DNA from: an uncultured Acidobacteriota bacterium
GTDB lineage: Bacteria; Acidobacteriota; Terriglobia; Bryobacterales; UBA6623
DNA: 64,000 bases
Direction of reading: 5' to 3'
Assembly (NCBI GenBank): GCA_963817465.1
Contig: CAWFOP010000007.1
Coordinates: 302,856-366,855, forward strand
This document shows positions 24,751 to 33,733 of this stretch, piece by piece (position 1 is the stretch's first letter; each line of letters opens with the position of its first letter). The position numbers and the translations under genes were made by a program. Under the pieces are notes generated by a model. It saw nothing but the letters and a program-made list of their open reading frames with translations. It did not search any database and was not told where the DNA came from.

Positions 24751-24890
24751 AAGCGCGGCCGAGCGCGAGCGAACCTCGCTCATTTATTAACTAGTATCGG
24801 TTACATATCTTGCCACGTCAATCGCTCGTGCGTTAATTTGATGAGTGATGCTAAACCGCACTGGGTTAATCGAAACCCGCTAGGAGCACC

Positions 24891-25814
24891 GTGGACGTTT
24901 CATTGCGAATCCGACAACGTCTGGATGAGCTGGGACTCGACCAGAAGGACCTCGCCTCCGCGACGCAAGTCACCGAGTCGTACATCTCCCAGCTTTTGAC
25001 CCGCAGGAAGGCGCCGCCGGCGCCGGACCGCACGGACATCTACGAAAAGATCAGCTCGTTCCTGAAGCTCCCGGGAAAAGAGCTCGAGAAGCTGGCCGAG
25101 GCGCAGCGGCTGCACGAGGCGAAGAGAAGGGTCGCCGAACATCCCGGTCCGCTGTTTCAGGATTTTCGAGAGTTGCTGCTGCGTAAGTGCGCGCCGGAGA
25201 ACCGGCAAGAGGTGCGCCGGATCTTCGAGAAAGAGGCCTTTGGCGAGCTCGAGCGCTTGGTTACGCAAAAAGTCCTGGAGGCGGCTCAGCGCGCCGCCCG
25301 TGAGGAGCTCCAGCGGGAAGAGCAAGTCCGCTCGATGGCGCAAGTCGGCGGCCGCAGCTACCAGGACCTGCGGGTGGCCATCTTGGAGTTCCTGGATACG
25401 GACATCTTGCACGTCTCGGCCGACAGTTGCGTCTCCTTCCTGGAACCAACGATCGACTCCTGGGACATCAACCTAGCGACGTTCAGCATGGAGGTCGTCC
25501 TCAACCGGCAAATGGCGAAAAACGGCACGAAGCGCTACGAGTTCGCCGAGCAACCGGCGCAGGATTCGCCGGTTCTCGAGCCGGGGTTCCACGACTTCCT
25601 GGCCAATGACGCAATGAGCGGGGACGCAGCGGAAGACGAGATCGAGTTTCTGAAACGGCTGCGCTTCACGGGAAGCCGACCCACGTCGCTGTACTACTAC
25701 CGCGAATTGCAAAACCTCAGGGACCCGCTCCACTTCACGCCCGCAGGCACGGCTGCAGGAGACGATGTAACGGACGATGGTTTGGGCGCTCCACCGAGAA
25801 GAAGATTCTCATGA
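24891..25814 (+). CDS. XRE-family HTH protein with large uncharacterized C-terminal domain
   Basis: IRQRLDELGLDQKDLASATQVTESYISQLLTRRK is an XRE/Cro-type HTH. Its stop overlaps the next ATG (ATGA at 25811). Confidence 0.7.
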   Translation: MDVSLRIRQRLDELGLDQKDLASATQVTESYISQLLTRRKAPPAPDRTDIYEKISSFLKLPGKELEKLAEAQRLHEAKRRVAEHPGPLFQDFRELLLRKCAPENRQEVRRIFEKEAFGELERLVTQKVLEAAQRAAREELQREEQVRSMAQVGGRSYQDLRVAILEFLDTDILHVSADSCVSFLEPTIDSWDINLATFSMEVVLNRQMAKNGTKRYEFAEQPAQDSPVLEPGFHDFLANDAMSGDAAEDEIEFLKRLRFTGSRPTSLYYYRELQNLRDPLHFTPAGTAAGDDVTDDGLGAPPRRRFS

Positions 25815-28126
25815 ATGACGCCGCCAGAGTCAAGGAGATCGCGTTCATCGGGGACCACCTTCCGCGCAAATGCGGCATCGCCACCTTTACCGCGGACTTA
25901 CTCAGCGCTGTCGCCGACGCCCATCCCCGCACGCAATGTTTCGCGGTCTCGGTCACCGACGTAGCATCCGGCTATGACTACCCGGATGTGGTTCGCTTCG
26001 AGATCGAAGAGCAGGACTTGTCGTCATACCTGCGCGCGGCGGATTTTCTCAACATCGGCAACGTCGACATCGTCTGCCTGCAGCACGAGTTCGGGATCTT
26101 CGGAGGAGCGGCCGGCGGTCACATCCTGGCGCTGCTGCGCGAACTGCGCATGCCGGTCGTGACGACGCTGCACACCGTGTTGAATCAGCCTCGAACGGAC
26201 CAACGCCGCGTGATGGAGGAATTGACCGCGTTGTCGAGCCGGCTGGTCGTGATGACCGAGCACGGCCGCCGCATACTGCACGACGTCTATGGCACACCGC
26301 CCGCCAAGATCGACATGATCGAACATGGCATTCCGGACATGGGCTTCTTCGATCCGGCGCAATTCAAGGGCCAGTTCGGCGTGCAAGGCAGGACCGTCTT
26401 GCTGACGTTTGGATTACTTTCTCCGAATAAAGGCATCGAGTTTGTCATTAACGCGCTGCCCGCCATCGTCGCGCAGTTCCCGCAAGTGGTTTACATTGTG
26501 CTGGGCGCCACTCACCCCAACGAGCTCCGTAGCCAGGGCGAGGCCTACCGCGTGAGCCTCGAGATGTTGGCGAAGAAACTCGACGTGGATCGGAACGTGA
26601 TTTTCTACAACACGTTCGTCGAGTTGGATGCACTGAAGGAGTTTATTGGCGCATCCGATGTGTATATCACGCCCTACCTGAACGAGACGCAAGTTACCTC
26701 GGGGACGCTCTCCTACGCTTTTGGCGCCGGGAAGGCGGTCGTGTCGACGCCATACTGGCACGCAGCCGAGCTCTTGGCTGACGATCGCGGCGTGCTGGTG
26801 CCCTTTCGCGATGCGGAAGCGATCGCACGGGCGGTGATTTCGTTGCTCGCCGACGATGCCAGGCGCGACGCGATGCGAAAAAAGGCCTACCGCCTCGGTC
26901 GCGATATGGTGTGGAGCAACGTGGCGCACCTCTATATGCGCTCATTCGAGCGCGCGCGGGTGGACTGCGCCGCGCACGCTCAACGGTCGCTCGTCACCAA
27001 GACTCTCGACCAGAGACCCGGTGAGTTGCCGAGGCTGAAGCTGGACCACCTGCTGCGAATGACGGATTCGACCGGCGTTTTCCAGCACGCCGTCTTCGAC
27101 GTTCCGAACTTTTCCGAAGGCTACTGCACCGATGACAACGCACGCGCGTTCATCTTGGCCGTGCGGCTTGGCGAAGCAGGCGAGGAATCGGGGCATGCGC
27201 GGTCTCTGGGCGTCACATCGGCGGCGTTCCTCCACCATGCGTTCGACCCCAAGACGAAGCGCTTCCACAACCACATGAGCTTCGACCGCGCCTGGCTGGA
27301 CGACCCAGGTTCCGAGGACTCCCACGGCCGTGCGTTGTGGGCCCTTGGCGTCGGCGTCGGGCGTTCGCCCTTTCGCGGCCTCCAGATGATCGCCGGCCAA
27401 CTCTTCGCACTCGCGTTGCCGCCGTCGGCGGAGTTCTCATCGCCGCGCGCTTGGGCGTTCGTACTGCTCGGAATTCACGAGTACTTGCGCCGCCTGAGCG
27501 GCGACAGCCTCGTGACCGCAATTCGCGAGACGCTTACGGCCAGGCTCTCCGATCTCTTTGTGCGCAACGCAGCAGACCCGGACTGGTGTTGGTTCGAACA
27601 GGAACTGTCGTACGACAACGCGAAGCTCGCACACGCCCTGATCGTCACAGGTCACGCCACCGGCCAAGCCCGGGTTCTGGATCAGGGGTTGCGCGCTCTG
27701 CGCTGGCTCACCGAAGTACAGGTGTCTGAGAAAAGATATTTTCGACCGATCGGCAGCAACGGCTTCCATAAACGGGGCGGCGAGCGAGCCGCTTTCGATC
27801 AACAGCCCATCGAGGCGTATGCGACCGTTTCGGCGTGCCTTGAAGCCTACCGCGCCACGTCCGACTTTTGGTGGTATGAGCACGCGCAACGCGCCTTTGA
27901 TTGGTTCATCGGATCGAACGACCTGGGCCTCGACCTTTACGTCCCGGAAAGCGGCGGCTGCGCGGACGGGTTGCACATGGACCGGGTCAACGGCAACCAG
28001 GGGGCCGAGTCCACACTGGCCTTCCTGCTTTCGCTTGTCGAGATGCGGCTCGCCCAGAACATGGTTACCAGCTTTAAGGGGCCAGTCGCGACGGCAAGTA
28101 GTTATCAATGCACGAACCGACATTAA
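25811..28126 (+). CDS. GT4 glycosyltransferase fused to a C-terminal (alpha/alpha)-barrel-like domain (771 aa)
   Basis: N-terminal half is GT-B (..LLTFGLLSPNKGIEFVINA.., YITPYLNETQVTSGTLSYAFGAGKAVVSTPYWHAAELL). The C-terminal ~380 aa is rich in W/D/helix motifs (GYCTDDNARAF.., DSHGRALWALG.., SYDNAKLAHALI.., NQGAESTLAFLLSL). Confidence 0.75.
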   Translation: MNDAARVKEIAFIGDHLPRKCGIATFTADLLSAVADAHPRTQCFAVSVTDVASGYDYPDVVRFEIEEQDLSSYLRAADFLNIGNVDIVCLQHEFGIFGGAAGGHILALLRELRMPVVTTLHTVLNQPRTDQRRVMEELTALSSRLVVMTEHGRRILHDVYGTPPAKIDMIEHGIPDMGFFDPAQFKGQFGVQGRTVLLTFGLLSPNKGIEFVINALPAIVAQFPQVVYIVLGATHPNELRSQGEAYRVSLEMLAKKLDVDRNVIFYNTFVELDALKEFIGASDVYITPYLNETQVTSGTLSYAFGAGKAVVSTPYWHAAELLADDRGVLVPFRDAEAIARAVISLLADDARRDAMRKKAYRLGRDMVWSNVAHLYMRSFERARVDCAAHAQRSLVTKTLDQRPGELPRLKLDHLLRMTDSTGVFQHAVFDVPNFSEGYCTDDNARAFILAVRLGEAGEESGHARSLGVTSAAFLHHAFDPKTKRFHNHMSFDRAWLDDPGSEDSHGRALWALGVGVGRSPFRGLQMIAGQLFALALPPSAEFSSPRAWAFVLLGIHEYLRRLSGDSLVTAIRETLTARLSDLFVRNAADPDWCWFEQELSYDNAKLAHALIVTGHATGQARVLDQGLRALRWLTEVQVSEKRYFRPIGSNGFHKRGGERAAFDQQPIEAYATVSACLEAYRATSDFWWYEHAQRAFDWFIGSNDLGLDLYVPESGGCADGLHMDRVNGNQGAESTLAFLLSLVEMRLAQNMVTSFKGPVATASSYQCTNRH

Positions 28127-29580
28127 ACCTCCAGCGAACGGAGACGCTTCTTGCTCCCAACCAATCGCGAGTCCTCTTGAGAGCATTCAATGCGGGAGAC
28201 GCCGACCGGGTTGGGCGGGTCATCACTCGCGTCCTGTCACTGCCCGAGGCGAAGGTTGCCCTGCTCCTCGCGGAGGTGGACTCTGAATTCGCTCAAAGGC
28301 ACTCGGAATTGCGAAAACGACTCCAGCGGCGCTTCGACCAGGTTTGCGGAGATCACGTTCACGCGTCTGCGATCTCGCAGGAGCGCCAGCTGTTGATTGG
28401 GTCGTATTTCCTTGCTGAGTACTCGCTCGAGTCCGCCGCGTTGTTCAATCCTTCAATTGTTCCGCACCCGGACCAACGCCGGTTGGCGTCCGGATCGCTT
28501 CGATTCATCCTGAGTCTCCGGGCGACAGGGGAAGGACATATCTCTTCCATCACGTTCCGGACGGGCGTGATCGACTCGAACAACCGCATCACCGTGCAGC
28601 ACCCTGCAGGGACGCTGACCGAGCCGGAACAGATCCCCAACGCCAGATACGAAACTGCTCTGTTTGCACGAAAGCTCTGCGAACTGGGCGTGCAGTCTGA
28701 GTTCGTCCAACGCGTCATGGCGAGACTTGAAGAGTCATTCTCGATAGGCGGCCTGCGAGAAGCCCTTGACGCGGAGTTGGACCGACCGTCATCGGACGAC
28801 CCGACGGACGAGAATCGGAGCGCGGCGAAAACAGTCTTGCTCCTCGCGCAGTCGAACTACGAGGTCCGTTTCCAGGCTGACGAGCAACTCTCTTCGCGAA
28901 TTCTCTTCCCGGCCACGCCGTCCCAGCGCAACGGAATCGAGGATGCTCGGTTCGTCCAGTTCCACAAGCCCGACGGAAGCCGCGTTTACTTCGCGACGTT
29001 TACGGCGTATGACGGCAGGGTCATCATGCCGGAGCTGGTGCAGACCGCGGACTTCTTGACGTTTCGATTCACCACTTTGAACGGACCCGCGGCCCAAAAC
29101 AAAGGAATGGCGCTGTTCCCGCGTATGATCGAGGGGCGCTATGCGATGCTTTCCCGCCAGGACAACGAGAGCATCCACATCATGTTCTCCGACAACGTCC
29201 ATTTCTGGAACGAGCACAAGGTTCTTCTCAAGCCGCGGTTTGCGTGGGAGCTTGTCCAGCTTGGCAATTGCGGGTCTCCGATCGAAACCGAGGACGGCTG
29301 GCTCGTCCTGAGTCACGGCGTGGGCCCGATGCGGCAGTACTGCATTGGCGCGTTCCTGTTGGATCGTAAGGACCCTAGTAAGGTTATCGGTCGACTCGAA
29401 GAGCCGCTGCTGCAACCCAACCGCTTTGAGCGCGAAGGCTATGTGCCCAACGTCGTCTATACCTGCGGGGCCCTGCTTCACGGGGCGCAGCTGATCATTC
29501 CCTACGGTCTCGCCGATCACGCCACCAGTTTCGCGACGGTCCCGGTAAAGAATGTCCTTGCCGCCATGGTTGCGCCTTAG
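28108..29580 (+). CDS. GH130-like glycosidase/phosphorylase with ~190-aa N-terminal extension
   Basis: The C-terminal beta-propeller-type sequence (IEDARFVQF..FATFTAYDG.., NKGMALFPRMIEGRYAMLSRQDNESI.., GNCGSPIETEDGWLVLSHGVG.., YVPNVVYTCGAL..IPYGLADHA) matches GH130. It overlaps the GT4 gene by 19 nt. Confidence 0.7.
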   Translation: MHEPTLNLQRTETLLAPNQSRVLLRAFNAGDADRVGRVITRVLSLPEAKVALLLAEVDSEFAQRHSELRKRLQRRFDQVCGDHVHASAISQERQLLIGSYFLAEYSLESAALFNPSIVPHPDQRRLASGSLRFILSLRATGEGHISSITFRTGVIDSNNRITVQHPAGTLTEPEQIPNARYETALFARKLCELGVQSEFVQRVMARLEESFSIGGLREALDAELDRPSSDDPTDENRSAAKTVLLLAQSNYEVRFQADEQLSSRILFPATPSQRNGIEDARFVQFHKPDGSRVYFATFTAYDGRVIMPELVQTADFLTFRFTTLNGPAAQNKGMALFPRMIEGRYAMLSRQDNESIHIMFSDNVHFWNEHKVLLKPRFAWELVQLGNCGSPIETEDGWLVLSHGVGPMRQYCIGAFLLDRKDPSKVIGRLEEPLLQPNRFEREGYVPNVVYTCGALLHGAQLIIPYGLADHATSFATVPVKNVLAAMVAP

Positions 29581-29663
29581 ATCTCCTCCCAGCGGCGTCC
29601 GCCGAGCCTCGCGACTTAACCACAATGAATGAATAATATGATTTCCTGGACCCTATCCATACA

Positions 29664-29692
29664 TTGACATGGCGCTTAAAATAACCGATAAT
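29664..29692 (+). promoter_or_regulatory. sigma70-like promoter candidate TTGACA-N17-GATAAT
   Basis: TTGACA at 29664-29669, a 17-nt spacer and GATAAT at 29687-29692, in an AT-rich gap about 120 nt upstream of ATG 29815. Confidence 0.35.
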
Positions 29693-29814
29693 AGTTAAGA
29701 ATGGGCCTTTACCCATTCTCCGCCATCCGAGCTAGGCCGGATGGTCGGATTCCAAGCTTAGCCATCCATCGGAAACCGGTGAGCGCTCAGGCGGCGCTGG
29801 CAGGAGGGCGTCCA

Positions 29815-30624
29815 ATGTCAACGAAGAGCGCAGGTCGACGACACTGCGGTGGATTGGCGGCAGCTCTCGTCGTCCTCTCGTTGGCCTTGCCGACCGCCGC
29901 CTCGGCCCAAGGAAATGCGTCAACACCGCCTGTGGAACTGATCGTCTCGCGCATGACGGCGGCTCGGGAGCAGAACCAAGCGCATCTCCGAGGCTATGTC
30001 GTCACTCGCGAGTATGTCCTGCTTGGTAAGAATGCTGAGCAGAAACGGGCCGAAGTCACTGCGCAAGTCTCGTTCGCCCCTCCCAACCTGAAACGCTACG
30101 ACATCGTTCGCTCCGAGGGCATCGGACTGGGGGAGAGGATCGTCCGCCGAATGTTGGACGGCGAAACGCAGATCGTCAAGGACTACTCGGCAACCGACAT
30201 ATCAGAGGCCAACTACGACTTTCGTCTTCTCGGCGAAGACGCGAAATACGGCGCGCGCTGCTACCGCCTCGAGTTGATTCCTAAGCGCAAGGACAAGACG
30301 CTGCTTCGAGGAACGATGTGGGTCGATGCGACGACGTACCTCCTGCGGCGAATGGAAGCCGAGCCCGCGAAAGGTCCCTCGTGGTGGCTTCGAGACGTCA
30401 GCCTGGTGTTTGTGTATGCGGACGTCCACGGAATGTGGCTGCAAACCGCATCTGAATTTACTACGAACGTGCGCATCTTCGGTTGGCACACGATGACGTC
30501 GCGCGACGTGCATTACGACCTGGTGGAACGAGACGCCGTCGACTCGCTCGCGGCGCGAGGGCAGACGCAAGCCATGCCTCCGCGGTCCGACTTTGCGCCG
30601 CATTCCGCGGAGTCTCAGCGATAG
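29815..30624 (+). CDS. secreted protein, possibly LolA-like/outer-membrane-lipoprotein-sorting fold
   Basis: GGAGGG upstream. Signal peptide LAAALVVLSLALPTAASAQ. The family call is weak and made from memory. Confidence 0.45.
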   Translation: MSTKSAGRRHCGGLAAALVVLSLALPTAASAQGNASTPPVELIVSRMTAAREQNQAHLRGYVVTREYVLLGKNAEQKRAEVTAQVSFAPPNLKRYDIVRSEGIGLGERIVRRMLDGETQIVKDYSATDISEANYDFRLLGEDAKYGARCYRLELIPKRKDKTLLRGTMWVDATTYLLRRMEAEPAKGPSWWLRDVSLVFVYADVHGMWLQTASEFTTNVRIFGWHTMTSRDVHYDLVERDAVDSLAARGQTQAMPPRSDFAPHSAESQR

Positions 30625-30677
30625 CGCTGACACACAATGCGCCGCGTGGCGGCGAACAACGTCCCTAGGAGGGCGAC

Positions 30678-30797
30678 ATGGGCGATAGAGGCAAGAAAGA
30701 CAAGGTTAAGAAGGGTAAGCAAAAGAAGGTCACACTGACCGCCAAAAATGATCGTCAAGCGGCGCGGGGCGCCGCGGAAGAGATCAAAAAGGGCTAA
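30678..30797 (+). CDS. 39-aa Lys-rich small protein (hypothetical)
   Basis: TAGGAGGG lies 5 nt upstream of the ATG. The product is MGDRGKKDKVKKGKQKKVTLTAKNDRQAARGAAEEIKKG. Below the ORF-track cutoff. Confidence 0.35.
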   Translation: MGDRGKKDKVKKGKQKKVTLTAKNDRQAARGAAEEIKKG

Positions 30798-30844
30798 TCC
30801 GCGAATTGCAGCGCAATTCGCCTGGCGGAGCTACGGATCACACC

Positions 30845-31513
30845 ATGAACAATTTCAAGAGCCTTACCGCGCTTATCATCGGCTTCCTCTTCGTATCCTC
30901 GTCGCTCTATGCGGCGGATCTGTCGGTCTATCGGCAGTTTCACTTGAATGCTGACCTGTCCGGAGTCGCACAGGAGGCGGGCGTCAACCCCGCCGAGGCG
31001 ATCGTGATCCATCAGCGTCCCGCTTTGATCCAGGAGTTGTCGTGGCGCACCGCACCCGGCGACTCGGTCAGCGATATCGTGTTCGGATTCTACAACGGCG
31101 ATCTGTTCCGGATGGTCGTGAGCTACGACCTCGACAACACGGACGGCCTGACCACGGCGGACATGATCGATGCGATCTCTGCGCAGTACGGGGCGGCGAC
31201 TACCGATCCTTCCGCCGAGATCTCCTTGTCCTCGATCTACGACGACAGCGAGATCGTACAGGTGCTCGCGCGCTGGGAGGACCCAAGCTGGTTCTTTAAT
31301 CTCGTTCGTTCCAAGTACCGGGCCTCATTCTTTTTAGTCGCGCTGTCGAAGCGACTGAGCCCGGTCGCTGGAAAGGCCGTCATCGAGGCGGGCCGTCTGG
31401 ACCGGGAAGAGGCTCCACAGAGGGAGCTCGATCGCAAGAGCAAGGAACAAGACGAAAAACTGTTGCAGCAGGAAAATGCGCGTATCGCGAACAGGGCGGA
31501 TTTCCGCCCATAG
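30845..31513 (+). CDS. secreted hypothetical protein
   Basis: Signal peptide MNNFKSLTALIIGFLFVSSSLYA. No recognizable family. Confidence 0.5.
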   Translation: MNNFKSLTALIIGFLFVSSSLYAADLSVYRQFHLNADLSGVAQEAGVNPAEAIVIHQRPALIQELSWRTAPGDSVSDIVFGFYNGDLFRMVVSYDLDNTDGLTTADMIDAISAQYGAATTDPSAEISLSSIYDDSEIVQVLARWEDPSWFFNLVRSKYRASFFLVALSKRLSPVAGKAVIEAGRLDREEAPQRELDRKSKEQDEKLLQQENARIANRADFRP

Positions 31514-31699
31514 ATCCCGGCGAGATGCGCCAGTACGCTTTCTTGCCGCCTTCAGCAATGTTTCGACCCGCGTTTGCGCTGTGCAAGGCCCGCCCGGCGC
31601 CGCTCGGAGCCCGCCCATCAAGGCCACGCCTATCGCCTGCAGCGGCCGGCTCGCAGGCCTCGGAAATGCCGCAGCGGGAAACCGCGAGGGCGCGGAACC

Positions 31700-32743
31700 A
31701 TGACGGCAGGTCGTAAAAACAGGGTGGCCGTTCTTTCGCCGGTCGCTTGGCGAACACCGCCCCGTCGCTACGGGGCGTGGGAGACGGTGGCCGGCAACAT
31801 CACCGAAGGACTCGTCGCCCTTGGGTGGGATGTGACGCTTTTTGCGAGCGGGGACTCGATCACCCGCGGCCGACTGCACGCCGTTGTCGAGCGCGGATAT
31901 GAAGAGGACCCCGCCGTTGATCCCAAGGTTGCGGAGTACCTTCATATCTCCGAGGTTTTTGAGCACGCGGCGGAGTTCGACCTCATCCACAGCCACTACG
32001 ATTTCATGGCGTTGACCTACACGCGCTTGGTCGCCACACCGGTGCTCACGACGATACACGGCTTCTCGTCCCCGAAAATCCTGCCGGCGTACGAGAAATA
32101 TCGTGATTCCTACTTCGTATCAATCAGCGATTCGGATCGACACTCCGGCTTGAACTATCTGGACACCGTGTACAACGGCATCGACCTCTCGCTGTATCCT
32201 CTCCGCGCGGCCGCCGGCGGGGACTTGATCTTCCTCGGGCGCATTCACCCGGATAAGGGCGTTCATCTGGCAATTGAGGTGGCGCAGCGCTGCGCGCTTC
32301 CTCTCATAATCGCCGGCATCGTCCAGGATGAGACCTACTTTCGCGAGCAGGTGGAACCTCATGTCGATGGTCAGCGGATTCAGTTCATCGGTCCGGTGGA
32401 TGTGCCGGGCAAAAACCGGCTCTTCGCTCGCGCGCGCGCTTTGTTGCACCTGAACACGATCCCCGAGCGGTTCGGACTCGTCTTAGCGGAGGCAAACGCC
32501 GCCGGCGTGCCCGTTATCGCGATGGATCTGGGTTCATGCCGCGAGGTAATCGAGGACGGGCGAACAGGATTTCTGGTGAGCGGAGTCAGCGAGGCGGCTG
32601 AGGCTGTAAAGCGAGTTGGCGACGTGGATCCCGCCGCCTGCCGTGAGCGGGTGCGCCGGCGCTTTTCCATCGACACGATGGTCGCTTCATACGAACGCGT
32701 CTACGCCAAAATCTTCGAGTTGGAACAGGAGAAGCGCTCATGA
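31700..32743 (+). CDS. GT4-family glycosyltransferase
   Basis: NRVAVLSPVAWRTPPRRYGAWETVAGNITEGL.. and ..ERFGLVLAEANAAGVPVIAMDLGSCREVIEDGRTGFLV (EX7E). Confidence 0.8.
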   Translation: MTAGRKNRVAVLSPVAWRTPPRRYGAWETVAGNITEGLVALGWDVTLFASGDSITRGRLHAVVERGYEEDPAVDPKVAEYLHISEVFEHAAEFDLIHSHYDFMALTYTRLVATPVLTTIHGFSSPKILPAYEKYRDSYFVSISDSDRHSGLNYLDTVYNGIDLSLYPLRAAAGGDLIFLGRIHPDKGVHLAIEVAQRCALPLIIAGIVQDETYFREQVEPHVDGQRIQFIGPVDVPGKNRLFARARALLHLNTIPERFGLVLAEANAAGVPVIAMDLGSCREVIEDGRTGFLVSGVSEAAEAVKRVGDVDPAACRERVRRRFSIDTMVASYERVYAKIFELEQEKRS

Positions 32744-33675
32744 ATACTCCCGTCGTCAAGCGATACCCGCAGAACCCGATTCTCACAAAGGCCGATATTC
32801 CGTACGCGGTTGAAACGGTGCACAACGCCGCGGTGGTAAAGCATGACGGCAAGTACGTTATGCTCTTTCGCTCTCACCTTCGTACGGGACGATCGATTAT
32901 CGGGTTGGCGCGCAGTCTCGACGGATTTCACTTTGCGGCTGATCCGCAACCCTTTCTCATTCCGGAATCCGAAGGGCGCTTTGCCGAGCATGAGGAGTAT
33001 GGCGTCGAAGACCCTCGCGTCACGCGCGTAGGAGACGAGTTTCTCATCACCTATAGCGCGTATTCGCGAAGCGGCGTACGAATCGCGCTTGCGAAGACGA
33101 CGGACTTCGTTCACATCGAACGCCTCGCGCTGATCACGCAAGCGGACTCCAGAAACGCCGTGATATTCCCTGAGAAGTTCGACGGACTCTACGCTCGACT
33201 GGATCGCCCGCATTCCGAGATCGCGGCCTGGTCAATCTGGGTCTCATACTCCCCGGACCTCCGTTTTTGGGGCGAATCGAAGTTGGTCATGAGACCGGCG
33301 ACGTATCACTGGGATGAAATGAAGATCGGTCCGGGCGCGCCGCCGATCAAGACTCTCCAGGGCTGGCTGTCCATCTATCACGGCGTCTTCAAGACGATGG
33401 CGGGGTCGGTCTACCGGCTGGGCGTTGCGCTACACGACCTCAACGATCCGGGGACGATTCTCGGGGTGAGCGATTCCTGGATCCTACAACCGGAAGACCC
33501 GTGGGAGGTTACCGGATACGTTCCGAATGTGGTGTTTAGCTGTGGCGCGGTCCCGGAGCCTGATGGAACGGTGAAGATCTACTGGGGCGGCGCGGATACG
33601 GTCATGTGCGCCGGCGAGGCCAATATCGCCGACCTCGTAGATCTCTGCTTGCACCACACTCGACCGCCGATTTGA
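32740..33675 (+). CDS. GH130-family glycoside phosphorylase/hydrolase (beta-mannoside phosphorylase-like)
   Basis: NPILTKADIPY..VHNAAVVKHDGKYVMLFR.., GVEDPRVTRVGDEFLITYSAY.., RNAVIFPEKFDGLYARLDRP.., YVPNVVFSCGAV..IYWGGADT. ATGA overlap with the GT4 gene. Confidence 0.85.
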   Translation: MNTPVVKRYPQNPILTKADIPYAVETVHNAAVVKHDGKYVMLFRSHLRTGRSIIGLARSLDGFHFAADPQPFLIPESEGRFAEHEEYGVEDPRVTRVGDEFLITYSAYSRSGVRIALAKTTDFVHIERLALITQADSRNAVIFPEKFDGLYARLDRPHSEIAAWSIWVSYSPDLRFWGESKLVMRPATYHWDEMKIGPGAPPIKTLQGWLSIYHGVFKTMAGSVYRLGVALHDLNDPGTILGVSDSWILQPEDPWEVTGYVPNVVFSCGAVPEPDGTVKIYWGGADTVMCAGEANIADLVDLCLHHTRPPI

Positions 33676-33733
33676 TGGCCTTGGCCGGCGATTGCGAGAT
33701 GCGTCGAGGCCGAGTAAGGCTAAACCCGTTGGC

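Noticed and set aside
24690-24770. Checked for a complete tRNA gene around the T-loop-like sequence
   Set aside because: Only the 3' 23 nt fit a tRNA. The upstream sequence cannot form the 5' T-stem, anticodon arm or D arm, so it is reported only as a fragment.
29698-29719. 8-bp hairpin AGAATGGG-ccttta-CCCATTCT, considered as the terminator of the GH130-like gene
   Set aside because: It has no T-run after the stem and overlaps the predicted transcription start region of the TTGACA/GATAAT promoter candidate. The evidence is too weak to call.
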